Shown one piece after another: positions 1-7,988 of a stretch of DNA of 32,000 nt. The DNA is from Vibrio phage VPG01. How positions within the stretch are numbered: position 1 is the first letter of the stretch; each line of letters opens with the position of its first letter. The stretch lies in sequence record MW398869.1; one strand, 5' to 3'. The position numbers and the translations under genes are program-made. The notes beneath the pieces were generated by a model. That model worked only from the letters and a program-made list of their open reading frames with translations. It made no database searches and was not told where the DNA came from.

Positions 1-3000
1 CCAGACTCATATATACCTCCGTTGACAGTTAGTCGTGCCTTATCAGATGCATAAGGGACTAACGTCATCATAGGTTTGTACTCTCCCGATGTATTCTTGT
101 GGTAACGGAACATCCATCTCCAATCATCATTATTAACATCATCTGACAACTGGAAGTCATAGTGAGTTTTACTACTCTCTTTAGTACATAAGAAACCTGC
201 TGCATCAGTACTGGCAGCACTATTAAAGCGTATCTCACCGATGTTCAGGACGTTTTGTCCATCTACTACTACATTAGGCTTACCTTTTAGGTCGCCCCAG
301 CTACCTGAGAATAGAGAGGGTTTACCCCCTATTTCAGCCCACGTAGGCCATCGCGTAGCCATTGCTGGCTTATCAGATACACTCCCCCAATCAGTAGGAT
401 ACTTACTAGGTTTGCCAGTAACCTCACTGAAGGTAGGCCACCTTGTTGCTTGGGTAGGGATATCCTTTAGTTTATTCCATGGCATTCTATTAATAGGGCT
501 ATAGGCAGTAGTTAAATCTAGCCAAGGGTTGCAGTCATTGTCTACTTCTTCTATAATAACAGATATGCTATATACATTAGTATGGCTTGTACGGAGCTTA
601 GGTACATCCTTATCTAAAAAGACCTCCGGATGGTTACTACCAGAGCCTTGTTGTGCTATTAATGTTAAATTAACCTTGCCTGTACTGCTACCATCTAGAT
701 TACTACCTTTTAGGTAGTATACTGCCCCTGTAAATGTACCAGTACCCATAGTGTATGCTCGGATATAGTAAGCCTTGTCGGCCATCATCAAGGGTTTGCC
801 TTCTCTGTTTAAAAGAGTAGCAGGGGTATTTTTACTAACATTATAAGTTTGGGAATATTTCTGCCAACCATCCCCTTGTGCAACCGCCCCAATATCGTAA
901 GGGGTAGGCTTGTTTTTCTCAGTGTATACATTGGCCCCGTTATGTGTTAACTTATCACCTAAAATATTTACTGTAGCTAAATCACTGTTACCTACATTAA
1001 CTTTATCTCCTGAGCTTCCCAGTATCTCTTTATTTGTAGTTAGTCCTCTTAACTTAAAAGTACCCGCCGTAGCGTTACCTGTTACTTCTACTCCTCCTGA
1101 AACCGTTCCCCCTGCTTTACTCAGGAAGGTATCTTGTGCCCAGTCCTTACGTATTAAAGAATTACCGGCACTAGACTGCGCTACGTTTACTCTTGGTACA
1201 CCGACAAAGTGAGGAAAATTCTGTCCTCTATGAGTAATCATGAAAGGTACTTTATTACCATCACTTATCGTACCGTAGTGGGTTTCATTAGTATCTTTGC
1301 CTTGATAATCTATGTACGTACCGTGTACTTGATTGCCGCCCTCTTCTGTTAGTGAAAATTCTGCATTTTTATTTATAGCAGCAATTACATTTAAATTAGC
1401 GTCTCTAGAAGCCTGTCTTATAGTAATATCACCAGTAAATACTTCACCGGTTTTTCTAGCGGCGCCAATATTCTGAGGTGTAATAGTAACTGCTCCAGTC
1501 TCGTTGTTTACAGAAGTAACACCAGTACCAGAGTTAATAATATCGAATTTTTTCTCATCTAGGATGTATACTAGACGGTCGCCCCAGTTCCATACTTTAC
1601 TATCGAATACTTTTTCTAATTGTCCATTATTTAATTGAACGTCCCAGCGGGAGTTAGTTGGTGGGGCATCCGGATACTTACCGTCATTTGGGTTCCAAGT
1701 ACCACGGTATACACTACCTTTACGTAGTTCTATAGCAAAGTTTTCAGCTTCATCACGGGACTTCTTAGCTGCTGTCTCTGCGTCTTTAGCTTCTGTAGCT
1801 GAGTTTGCACTGGCATCTGCACTATCTTTAGAAGCTGTAGCTGAGGCTGCTGCCGCTTTAGCAGAATCGCTTGCTGCCTGTGCTGATGCTGCTGATTGAC
1901 TTGCTTGATTACTAGCTTGAGAGGCTGAGTTAGCTGCGGCATTCTTAGATGCGGTAGCACTACTCTCACTAGCTTTAGCTGCATCTTGGGACTTTTTGGC
2001 AGCTAGTTGGTTAGCTGACGCATCGCTTGAAGACTTAGCTGCCTGTGTTGCACTATCTGCTGCATTCGCTTCTGAAGCTTTGGCTGCATCTTCACTAGCC
2101 TTAGCTGCTGTTGCAGACTTACTTGCTGCTGTTGCAGAAGCTGCTGACGCGTCTTTGTTTTGCTCTGCTATTGAAGCAAAATTTTGTGCTGATTTTTGAG
2201 ATGCACTAGCTGCTGCTTGAGCTGACTTAGCTGCATTCTCACTTGCCTTAGCTTTAGTTTCACTAGACTTAGCTGCATCTTGAGATGCTTTAGCTGCTGT
2301 AGCTGAGTTACTTGATGCTGTAGCTGAAGCAGCTGAGGCAGTTGCAGACGCTGCTGACGCTTGATTGCTTCTTTCTGCCTGTTGAGCACTATTACCGGAG
2401 TTAGTTTCACTAGTTTTGGCGTTAGTTTCACTAGTTTTAGCTTTATTCTCGCTAACCTTAGCTGCATCACGGAATGCTTTGGCTTCGTTTGATGAGGTCA
2501 GTGCTGCTTGTTGAGATGAGCTAGCTGCTTGTTGAGATGCCTTAGCTGCTGCTTGAGAAGCTTTTGCAGCATTCTCAGAGGCTTTCGCATTAGTCTCACT
2601 AGTTTTAGCTTTTGACTCGCTATCTGCTGCATTATCTTCACTAGATTTAGCAGCGTTCTGGCTGACCAGTGCTGCTGCTGCACTTGAAGATGCGGCATTT
2701 GCTTTTTGAGTTGCTAGAGTAGCTTTGCCGCTTGCAACATCACGAGCGTCTTCTGCGTCTGATTGAGCTTGTAATGCTACATCACGGGCTGCTTGAGCAT
2801 CCGCTACAGATTGAGTCATAGATGCTGCTGAGCTAGCTGCTGCTGTTGCAGACACCTTAGCTTTATCCTCACTAGATTTAGCTGCATTCTGACTAGCTAA
2901 TGCTTGTTGTTGAGATCTATAGGCATTACCAGCAGATTGAGAAGCGTCGCCTGCACTAGAAGCTGCTTGATTACGTGCTGTCTCTGCTGCTTTCTTGGCT

Positions 3001-3635
3001 TCTTCTGCTTTTACGCGTTCTTGTTCAGAGCGGTTCGCAGAGTTAAGAGATGCATCTGCTTCCTGTTCGGCTCTATCTGCCTGTGCGGTTGCTTCCGCAG
3101 CTTTTTGAGTAGAGGCATTTTGACTAAGTTTAGCTTTATTTTCACTATCTTTTGCTGCTGCTTGCGATGCTTTGGCTGCGTTTTCGGAAGATTTAGCTGC
3201 GTTTTGAGAGTTCAATGCCTCTGATGCGGAGCTAGCTGCGTTTGTTTCGCTAGCCTGAGCATCGTGAGCACGGTTATCTGCTGTAGTTGCTGCTTGCTTA
3301 GCAGTATCTACTAGGTTAGTAATTTGACCACTAATAGCGTCTAGATTTCTAATAGTCTCGTTAGCTTTATCTATTTGTCTTTGAGACTCCGCTACTGAAG
3401 CCTCAGCTTTGTTTACAGACTTATCAATTTCACTTTTTACTTCTACTAGATCATCAATACCTACAACTTCCATACTCTCAGAAAGTTCTACGTTTATTTC
3501 CGAACCACTACCATCTAGTAAACTATTCTCAAGCTCAACTGTACCTGTAAATTCTTTTGTATCTATTTCAGCAGTGACAGGGCCAACTAAGTCCCCGTCA
3601 ATTACTCTTTCTTCTATTTTTATATTATCGGCCAT
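1..3635 (-). CDS. Large side tail fibre (L-shaped tail fibre-like), partial; C-terminus beyond left edge
   Basis: Minus-strand frame starting MADNIKIEERVIDGDLVGPVTAEIDTKEFTGT at 3635 and still open at position 3 (end of window reads ...KARLTVNGGIYES). Absent from the supplied ORF list, presumably because it has no in-window stop. Long Ala/Ser/Lys/Asn repeat region followed by fibre-type sequence (GSVYRGTWNPNDGKYPDAPPTNSRWDV, TPYDIGAV). RBS-like AGAGG upstream. Confidence 0.88.
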   Translation of the reverse strand, partial: MADNIKIEERVIDGDLVGPVTAEIDTKEFTGTVELENSLLDGSGSEINVELSESMEVVGIDDLVEVKSEIDKSVNKAEASVAESQRQIDKANETIRNLDAISGQITNLVDTAKQAATTADNRAHDAQASETNAASSASEALNSQNAAKSSENAAKASQAAAKDSENKAKLSQNASTQKAAEATAQADRAEQEADASLNSANRSEQERVKAEEAKKAAETARNQAASSAGDASQSAGNAYRSQQQALASQNAAKSSEDKAKVSATAAASSAASMTQSVADAQAARDVALQAQSDAEDARDVASGKATLATQKANAASSSAAAALVSQNAAKSSEDNAADSESKAKTSETNAKASENAAKASQAAAKASQQAASSSQQAALTSSNEAKAFRDAAKVSENKAKTSETNAKTSETNSGNSAQQAERSNQASAASATASAASATASSNSATAAKASQDAAKSSETKAKASENAAKSAQAAASASQKSAQNFASIAEQNKDASAASATAASKSATAAKASEDAAKASEANAADSATQAAKSSSDASANQLAAKKSQDAAKASESSATASKNAAANSASQASNQASQSAASAQAASDSAKAAAASATASKDSADASANSATEAKDAETAAKKSRDEAENFAIELRKGSVYRGTWNPNDGKYPDAPPTNSRWDVQLNNGQLEKVFDSKVWNWGDRLVYILDEKKFDIINSGTGVTSVNNETGAVTITPQNIGAARKTGEVFTGDITIRQASRDANLNVIAAINKNAEFSLTEEGGNQVHGTYIDYQGKDTNETHYGTISDGNKVPFMITHRGQNFPHFVGVPRVNVAQSSAGNSLIRKDWAQDTFLSKAGGTVSGGVEVTGNATAGTFKLRGLTTNKEILGSSGDKVNVGNSDLATVNILGDKLTHNGANVYTEKNKPTPYDIGAVAQGDGWQKYSQTYNVSKNTPATLLNREGKPLMMADKAYYIRAYTMGTGTFTGAVYYLKGSNLDGSSTGKVNLTLIAQQGSGSNHPEVFLDKDVPKLRTSHTNVYSISVIIEEVDNDCNPWLDLTTAYSPINRMPWNKLKDIPTQATRWPTFSEVTGKPSKYPTDWGSVSDKPAMATRWPTWAEIGGKPSLFSGSWGDLKGKPNVVVDGQNVLNIGEIRFNSAASTDAAGFLCTKESSKTHYDFQLSDDVNNDDWRWMFRYHKNTSGEYKPMMTLVPYASDKARLTVNGGIYES
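1700..3450 (-). repeat. Ala/Ser-rich coiled-coil-like repeat region inside the tail fibre gene
   Basis: Translation of the fibre frame is dominated by variants of AAKASETNAKASENAAKASQAAAKAS; DNA shows recurrent 'ttagctgc', 'gatgcttt', 'ctagtttt' words. Confidence 0.85.
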
Positions 3636-3645
3636 TATTATTCCT

Positions 3646-4428
3646 CTATGAGATATTACTTACAACAACTAACTGATAAGAATCTGCCCCCAGTACTCCA
3701 CTAGGTACAGCTTTTACTTGTTTCGAGTTACCATACCATGCAACTTCTGCCGTAGGTACTGTAGCTGCTAATACACCTACTGGTTTTGTTTGGAAACTAT
3801 TTGATGTACTTGGCATCTTGAATATATTTACTACCCCATCAGTAGGAGTGGTTTGGATACCCCCATTAAAGTAACGTATACCCGCAAAGTAGTGTGGCTT
3901 AGTTTTATCTACTACAATACTTACAGGCTGATCAATTAGAGTAACTGCTGATTTAGTTACTGTACTTCCCAAACCACTCTCAATTAGTGGGTCTAACGTA
4001 GCGGCTCTACTTAAATAACACTTACCTTGATATACTCTAGTAGCGGAACCTGTAGGGCTGATAAGTAACACATCATAAAAACCAAGCTCGTACACTCTAT
4101 GAGAGTCTACTTCTAAATAACGTCTATCTGTGAACTTACCTAGAGCTGCTGTTTGTTCTTTGGTCAGCCCTATATATGCTAACCCGTCTTTACCAGAAGC
4201 TATTGTCGCTTCAAAGTTTACTATTAACTTAGAGTCTTTTGAGAAAGATGTTCTAAGCTGAGCTACGATAGTGTATCCAGTAAGGTCTATCGGAGCTTTT
4301 TGTTTTATTGGAACTTGTTTATTAGTAAGCGGGTTCAGTTGAGAACCCGTTACTTCCTGCTTAGTAAACTTAAGTACGTGAGCAAAAGTAGCTCCTTCTT
4401 CTATCTTTAAATTAACTATCTTACTCAT
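3646..4428 (-). CDS. Tail collar / fibre-attachment-like structural protein
   Basis: 260 aa ORF between the side fibre and central fibre genes, the slot of T5 collar protein p132. N-terminus MSKIVNLKIEEGATFAHVLKF...DLTGYTIVAQLRTSF resembles baseplate upper/collar N-terminal beta domains. Confidence 0.6.
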   Translation of the reverse strand: MSKIVNLKIEEGATFAHVLKFTKQEVTGSQLNPLTNKQVPIKQKAPIDLTGYTIVAQLRTSFSKDSKLIVNFEATIASGKDGLAYIGLTKEQTAALGKFTDRRYLEVDSHRVYELGFYDVLLISPTGSATRVYQGKCYLSRAATLDPLIESGLGSTVTKSAVTLIDQPVSIVVDKTKPHYFAGIRYFNGGIQTTPTDGVVNIFKMPSTSNSFQTKPVGVLAATVPTAEVAWYGNSKQVKAVPSGVLGADSYQLVVVSNIS

Positions 4429-4430
4429 AA

Positions 4431-7400
4431 TTATCTTATATGTATAGACCCGCGAGACAAGTCTATCTTCATTTTATAACGAGATTCAGGGTTTGATGAT
4501 TGTGCTGCTGCATTATCATATATAACATTAACACCGATTTGTTGTAAAAAGGCATTGCTAGCAATGATTTTCTGAGCAGTAATAGAACCATTAACAATCA
4601 TATTACCATGTACTAACATGGCGGCACTTTGCCAACTACCTTTAATCCATTGACGCGTCTCTGCTGAGGCAGGGTTGCTAGGATTAAATTGAGTTAGTAC
4701 ATCATACTCTACTGGACCTTTACCAAATGTATCGGTAAAGAACTTAGTTGCAGACGTAGTATTAAATCTAGAGAAACGACTTATGGGCTGAGCATAGAAG
4801 CCTGGGCCTCTACTACCATCAGTACCAGGCCTACCATCTCTACCTGGACGACCGTCTTTACCATCCCTACCTGGACGACCATCTTGCCCATCTTCACCAT
4901 CTTGTCCGTCTCTACCTGGACGTCCATCATCACCTGCAAATTTAGACCATACGTAGTCTTGAGGTCTACTACTTTCTGTAGGTGTGGTTTTATTATATGC
5001 AAAACCTATATACTTCTTACCGCTAGGGCTATTAGACATACCACTACCACTAGCATTATCGGCATATTTAATCCAAGTATAATATGTTTTACCGTCTTTA
5101 CCTGGCTTGCCAGGGACACCTTGATCACCCTCTAACTTACTCCAAGAATAGTCAGTAGGATTACTGCTTTCAGTAGGTGTTGTTTTATTCACAGCAATAC
5201 CTATATACTTCTTACCAGCAGAAGTATTAGACATTCCACCACCTGTAGCAGTATCAGCGTATCGAATCCAAGTATAAGTAGTTACACCGTCTTTACCAGG
5301 AGCACCAGGAATACCATCACGACCAGGATCTCCCTTATCCCCTTTGTCACCTTTAATGCGACTCCATGTATAGTCCGCAGGATTACTACTTTCTACAGCA
5401 GAAGTCTTATTATATGCAAATCCGATGTACTCTTTCCCGCTAGGACTATTAGAAATACCACTTCCGTCCGCACTATCAGCATACTTAATCCAAGTATAGT
5501 AAGTAACTCCATCTGCCCCAGGACGACCTGGAACCCCTTGATCACCTTCAAACTTACTCCATGTATACACGTTAGGGTTAGTACTTTCTGTTGGCGACAG
5601 TTGGTTAACAGCTATACCGATATATTTCTTACCATCAGGGCTATCTGACATACCTATGCCTTGAGCAGTATCTGCGTAGCGTACCCAAGTATAATATGTT
5701 TTACCGTCTTTACCGTTACGACCAGGAACTCCAGTATCACCTTTCTCACCCTTGATCTTGCTCCAATTATAGTCGCGCCAGTTAGAGCTTTCTTGTTGTG
5801 TAGTCTTGTTAGTAGCTATACCTAGGTAAGCTTTACCGGTAGGATCATCTGTGAAACCTCTTCCTGAGCTATCATCAGCATACTTAATCCAAGTATAAGT
5901 AGTTTTACCATCTTTACCGTTAGTACCTGGAATACCCTGATCGCCTTTCATAAGTGCCCAAGTATAATCAGAAGGGTCATTACTTTCAGTAGAACTAGCC
6001 ATGTTGCTAGCAATACCTATATAACGTTTTCCAGTTGGCGAGTTACTAATCCCCGAACCTGTTACAGTATCGGCGTATTTAATCCAAGTATAGAATGTAC
6101 GCCCGTCTGCACCGTCTTTACCTGGGACACCTTGATCACCTTGGTCTCCACTAAACTTAGCAGGCTCTGACCAGTTGCCTGTTATGTTAGGTTCTACACC
6201 TTTTCTTTCTGCGCTACATACCCAGATAGATTGGCCAACTGATCTAGCCGGTGGCTCTGTTAGCCAACCCGCTGGAGGCATTGACTTGTTAGTAGGAGTA
6301 GTAGGTTGATTAGTACTGGCTCGGTATATTAATACTGTAGCTACACCATCTTCACCTGCTTTTGCAGTAAACTGTATTGGAGTAGACCACGTACTGTTAG
6401 ATGCTACATTGTTACTTTTCGAGTCTATAACAGCGGTAGAAATCCATACCAAGTCCTGTGGGTTAGTTATTGGAGTGTCGCTCCAACCCGCTGGTGGGTA
6501 GTCCTTACCTGAAGGTGCGCTAGGTTGTGTGGCTGCATCTTTATATATATTAGCAACGAAGTTACCCTGAATACCTTGGTCTATATCTACGTTACCACCT
6601 GGTGTACCAATCTGTACTTTACCAGATATAAGTAGCTTTTCCCCATCCCATCTAATAAACTTGGTAGAATCGCCTAAGTCAAACTTAAACTTCTGGTCAT
6701 TGTTAGTGTAACCCATCCACATACCTTGTGCGGATTGTCCATACCCTGTCTTAGATGCTGTTCTTATACTAGGATTATCTTTACCAGATAAATTAGATAA
6801 TACAAAAGAAGCTGAGTACATTGTCTTTGATATTACCGCACCATCTACGTTGACATTGCCACTTAAAGGGTCAACAGAAATAGGCGCATGACCTTGGTCA
6901 TCTAACTTACCAATAGCTAATGAACCAGTTTTTGCATCTAATCTAAATGTTTGCTCCTTTCTACCCGCTAGGTCTCTATATGCCTTGATATGGTCATAAG
7001 TGACTTCTATACCAGTCTCATTAGCAAAAGAAGAGTCTAGAGGGGTTGAGCTTGTAATTTTAAAGGATGCGGTATTAGAGTCGGTTAGTGCTTGATCAGC
7101 AGGCCCCCATGCTATAGCAGCTACCTTAAATTTATATTCTTTATTAAAAGGAAAACTTGTAATTACTGATGCTTTAGCAGCACCACTGTTAATTTTGCTC
7201 GCCTTTCTCCATTGAGTTTTATTATACTCGCTAGTCTCTACAAAGTAAAGAACAAATTCTCTGACAGAACTGCCAGTACCTTTATCCCAGTCCCAACTTA
7301 CTTGTAAGTCGTAACGCTCTATCCCATCCATTATTTTTGCTACTTTAAAATTAATATTCTCCGGAGCACTAGGTGGGCGAAACATGTTCTCTACTTTAAC

Positions 7401-7988
7401 ATTTTTTATTGTACTATAAGGTGAGGATTCTGTAGTAACCCCATCAGGCATATAAATGAAACCTATGACCCTAAAGTCATATGTACCTTGCCCTGTAGTA
7501 AAAGATACCGCATCTGGAGCACCACTATAGCAAGGTTGCCAGTGAGTATCGTCCTCAGAAGACAGCTTCTTATCTATTCTTATAGATTGAGCGTCTCCTT
7601 GTATATCCATAGTTATAATAGGATCACCAACACCAATATCTACTTCTTGGGCTCCTACTATAACATTATGAATGCTAGGGTACTCCAACGTTTTTGCTGA
7701 AGATGCTTCTGACATATTAATACCTAGCTTGTTGTCCAGAAGCTCTGAGTCTACCATAGCATCATAGTAAGACCCTTCGATGATTTTATATTCTGTATTG
7801 TCCTTTAAGTTATCAACTATAGTATATAAAACATCTATATTTGTATCTATAAATCTAGTCCCATCTATCCAAAATGCCTTACCAACTACGTCTTTGTCCT
7901 CGTAGCTAGAATGAGGGATATACAGTTTTGTATATCCCGGAGCGATAGTACCTAGAACTAGTTTTCTTGGTAGTGTATTCTCAATCAT
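4431..7988 (-). CDS. Straight tail fibre / tail tip protein (T5 pb4-like position) with FN3-like and collagen-linked repeat domains
   Basis: ORF listed to 8000, where the codon is TTG; ATG at 7988 overlaps the upstream stop as ATGA, so 7988 is the more likely start. FN3-like segments (PSAPENINFKVAKIM...LQVSWDWDKG), six YTWIKYAD...YIGIA...TES...DYTWS repeats, Gly-X-Y runs, C-terminus with INGSITAQKIIA-like tail-tip motif. Confidence 0.85.
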   Translation of the reverse strand: MIENTLPRKLVLGTIAPGYTKLYIPHSSYEDKDVVGKAFWIDGTRFIDTNIDVLYTIVDNLKDNTEYKIIEGSYYDAMVDSELLDNKLGINMSEASSAKTLEYPSIHNVIVGAQEVDIGVGDPIITMDIQGDAQSIRIDKKLSSEDDTHWQPCYSGAPDAVSFTTGQGTYDFRVIGFIYMPDGVTTESSPYSTIKNVKVENMFRPPSAPENINFKVAKIMDGIERYDLQVSWDWDKGTGSSVREFVLYFVETSEYNKTQWRKASKINSGAAKASVITSFPFNKEYKFKVAAIAWGPADQALTDSNTASFKITSSTPLDSSFANETGIEVTYDHIKAYRDLAGRKEQTFRLDAKTGSLAIGKLDDQGHAPISVDPLSGNVNVDGAVISKTMYSASFVLSNLSGKDNPSIRTASKTGYGQSAQGMWMGYTNNDQKFKFDLGDSTKFIRWDGEKLLISGKVQIGTPGGNVDIDQGIQGNFVANIYKDAATQPSAPSGKDYPPAGWSDTPITNPQDLVWISTAVIDSKSNNVASNSTWSTPIQFTAKAGEDGVATVLIYRASTNQPTTPTNKSMPPAGWLTEPPARSVGQSIWVCSAERKGVEPNITGNWSEPAKFSGDQGDQGVPGKDGADGRTFYTWIKYADTVTGSGISNSPTGKRYIGIASNMASSTESNDPSDYTWALMKGDQGIPGTNGKDGKTTYTWIKYADDSSGRGFTDDPTGKAYLGIATNKTTQQESSNWRDYNWSKIKGEKGDTGVPGRNGKDGKTYYTWVRYADTAQGIGMSDSPDGKKYIGIAVNQLSPTESTNPNVYTWSKFEGDQGVPGRPGADGVTYYTWIKYADSADGSGISNSPSGKEYIGFAYNKTSAVESSNPADYTWSRIKGDKGDKGDPGRDGIPGAPGKDGVTTYTWIRYADTATGGGMSNTSAGKKYIGIAVNKTTPTESSNPTDYSWSKLEGDQGVPGKPGKDGKTYYTWIKYADNASGSGMSNSPSGKKYIGFAYNKTTPTESSRPQDYVWSKFAGDDGRPGRDGQDGEDGQDGRPGRDGKDGRPGRDGRPGTDGSRGPGFYAQPISRFSRFNTTSATKFFTDTFGKGPVEYDVLTQFNPSNPASAETRQWIKGSWQSAAMLVHGNMIVNGSITAQKIIASNAFLQQIGVNVIYDNAAAQSSNPESRYKMKIDLSRGSIHIR
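4800..6180 (-). repeat. Array of six ~65-aa WIKYAD/YIGIA repeats separated by Gly-X-Y triplets, ending in a longer collagen-like stretch
   Basis: Copies visible in the ORF: RTFYTWIKYADTVTGSGIS..., KTTYTWIKYADDSSGRGFT..., KTYYTWVRYADTAQGIGMS..., VTYYTWIKYADSADGSGIS..., VTTYTWIRYADTATGGGMS..., KTYYTWIKYADNASGSGMS...; then GRPGRDGQDGEDGQDGRPGRDGKDGRPGRDGRPGTDG. DNA period is roughly 190-220 bp. Confidence 0.93.

Noticed and set aside
241-1212. Plus-strand ORFs 241..504, 529..717, 910..1212
   Set aside because: Antisense to the well-supported fibre frame; no recognisable domains or translation signals.
1730-2698. Minus-strand ORFs 1730..1984, 2168..2470 and 2498..2698 (Gln/Leu-rich)
   Set aside because: All are in another frame of the long Ala/Ser-rich fibre gene (3635 to beyond position 1); frame-shifted reading of GCA/TCA repeats gives Gln/Leu strings. 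Shadow ORFs.
1996-3224. Plus-strand ORFs 1996..2199 and 2904..3224
   Set aside because: Antisense to the fibre repeat; repetitive codons avoid stops on the reverse strand. No RBS or promoter, Ala or Cys/Phe-biased composition.
1700-3450. Possible CRISPR array or DNA-level tandem repeat
   Set aside because: Repeats are imperfect, contiguous without unique spacers and keep an open reading frame; this is a protein repeat.
4781-5135. ORFs 4781..5002 (-) and 4884..5135 (+)
   Set aside because: Overlap the collagen/WIKYAD repeats of the 1189-aa ORF; low-complexity Val/Met/Gly translation is a repeat artefact.
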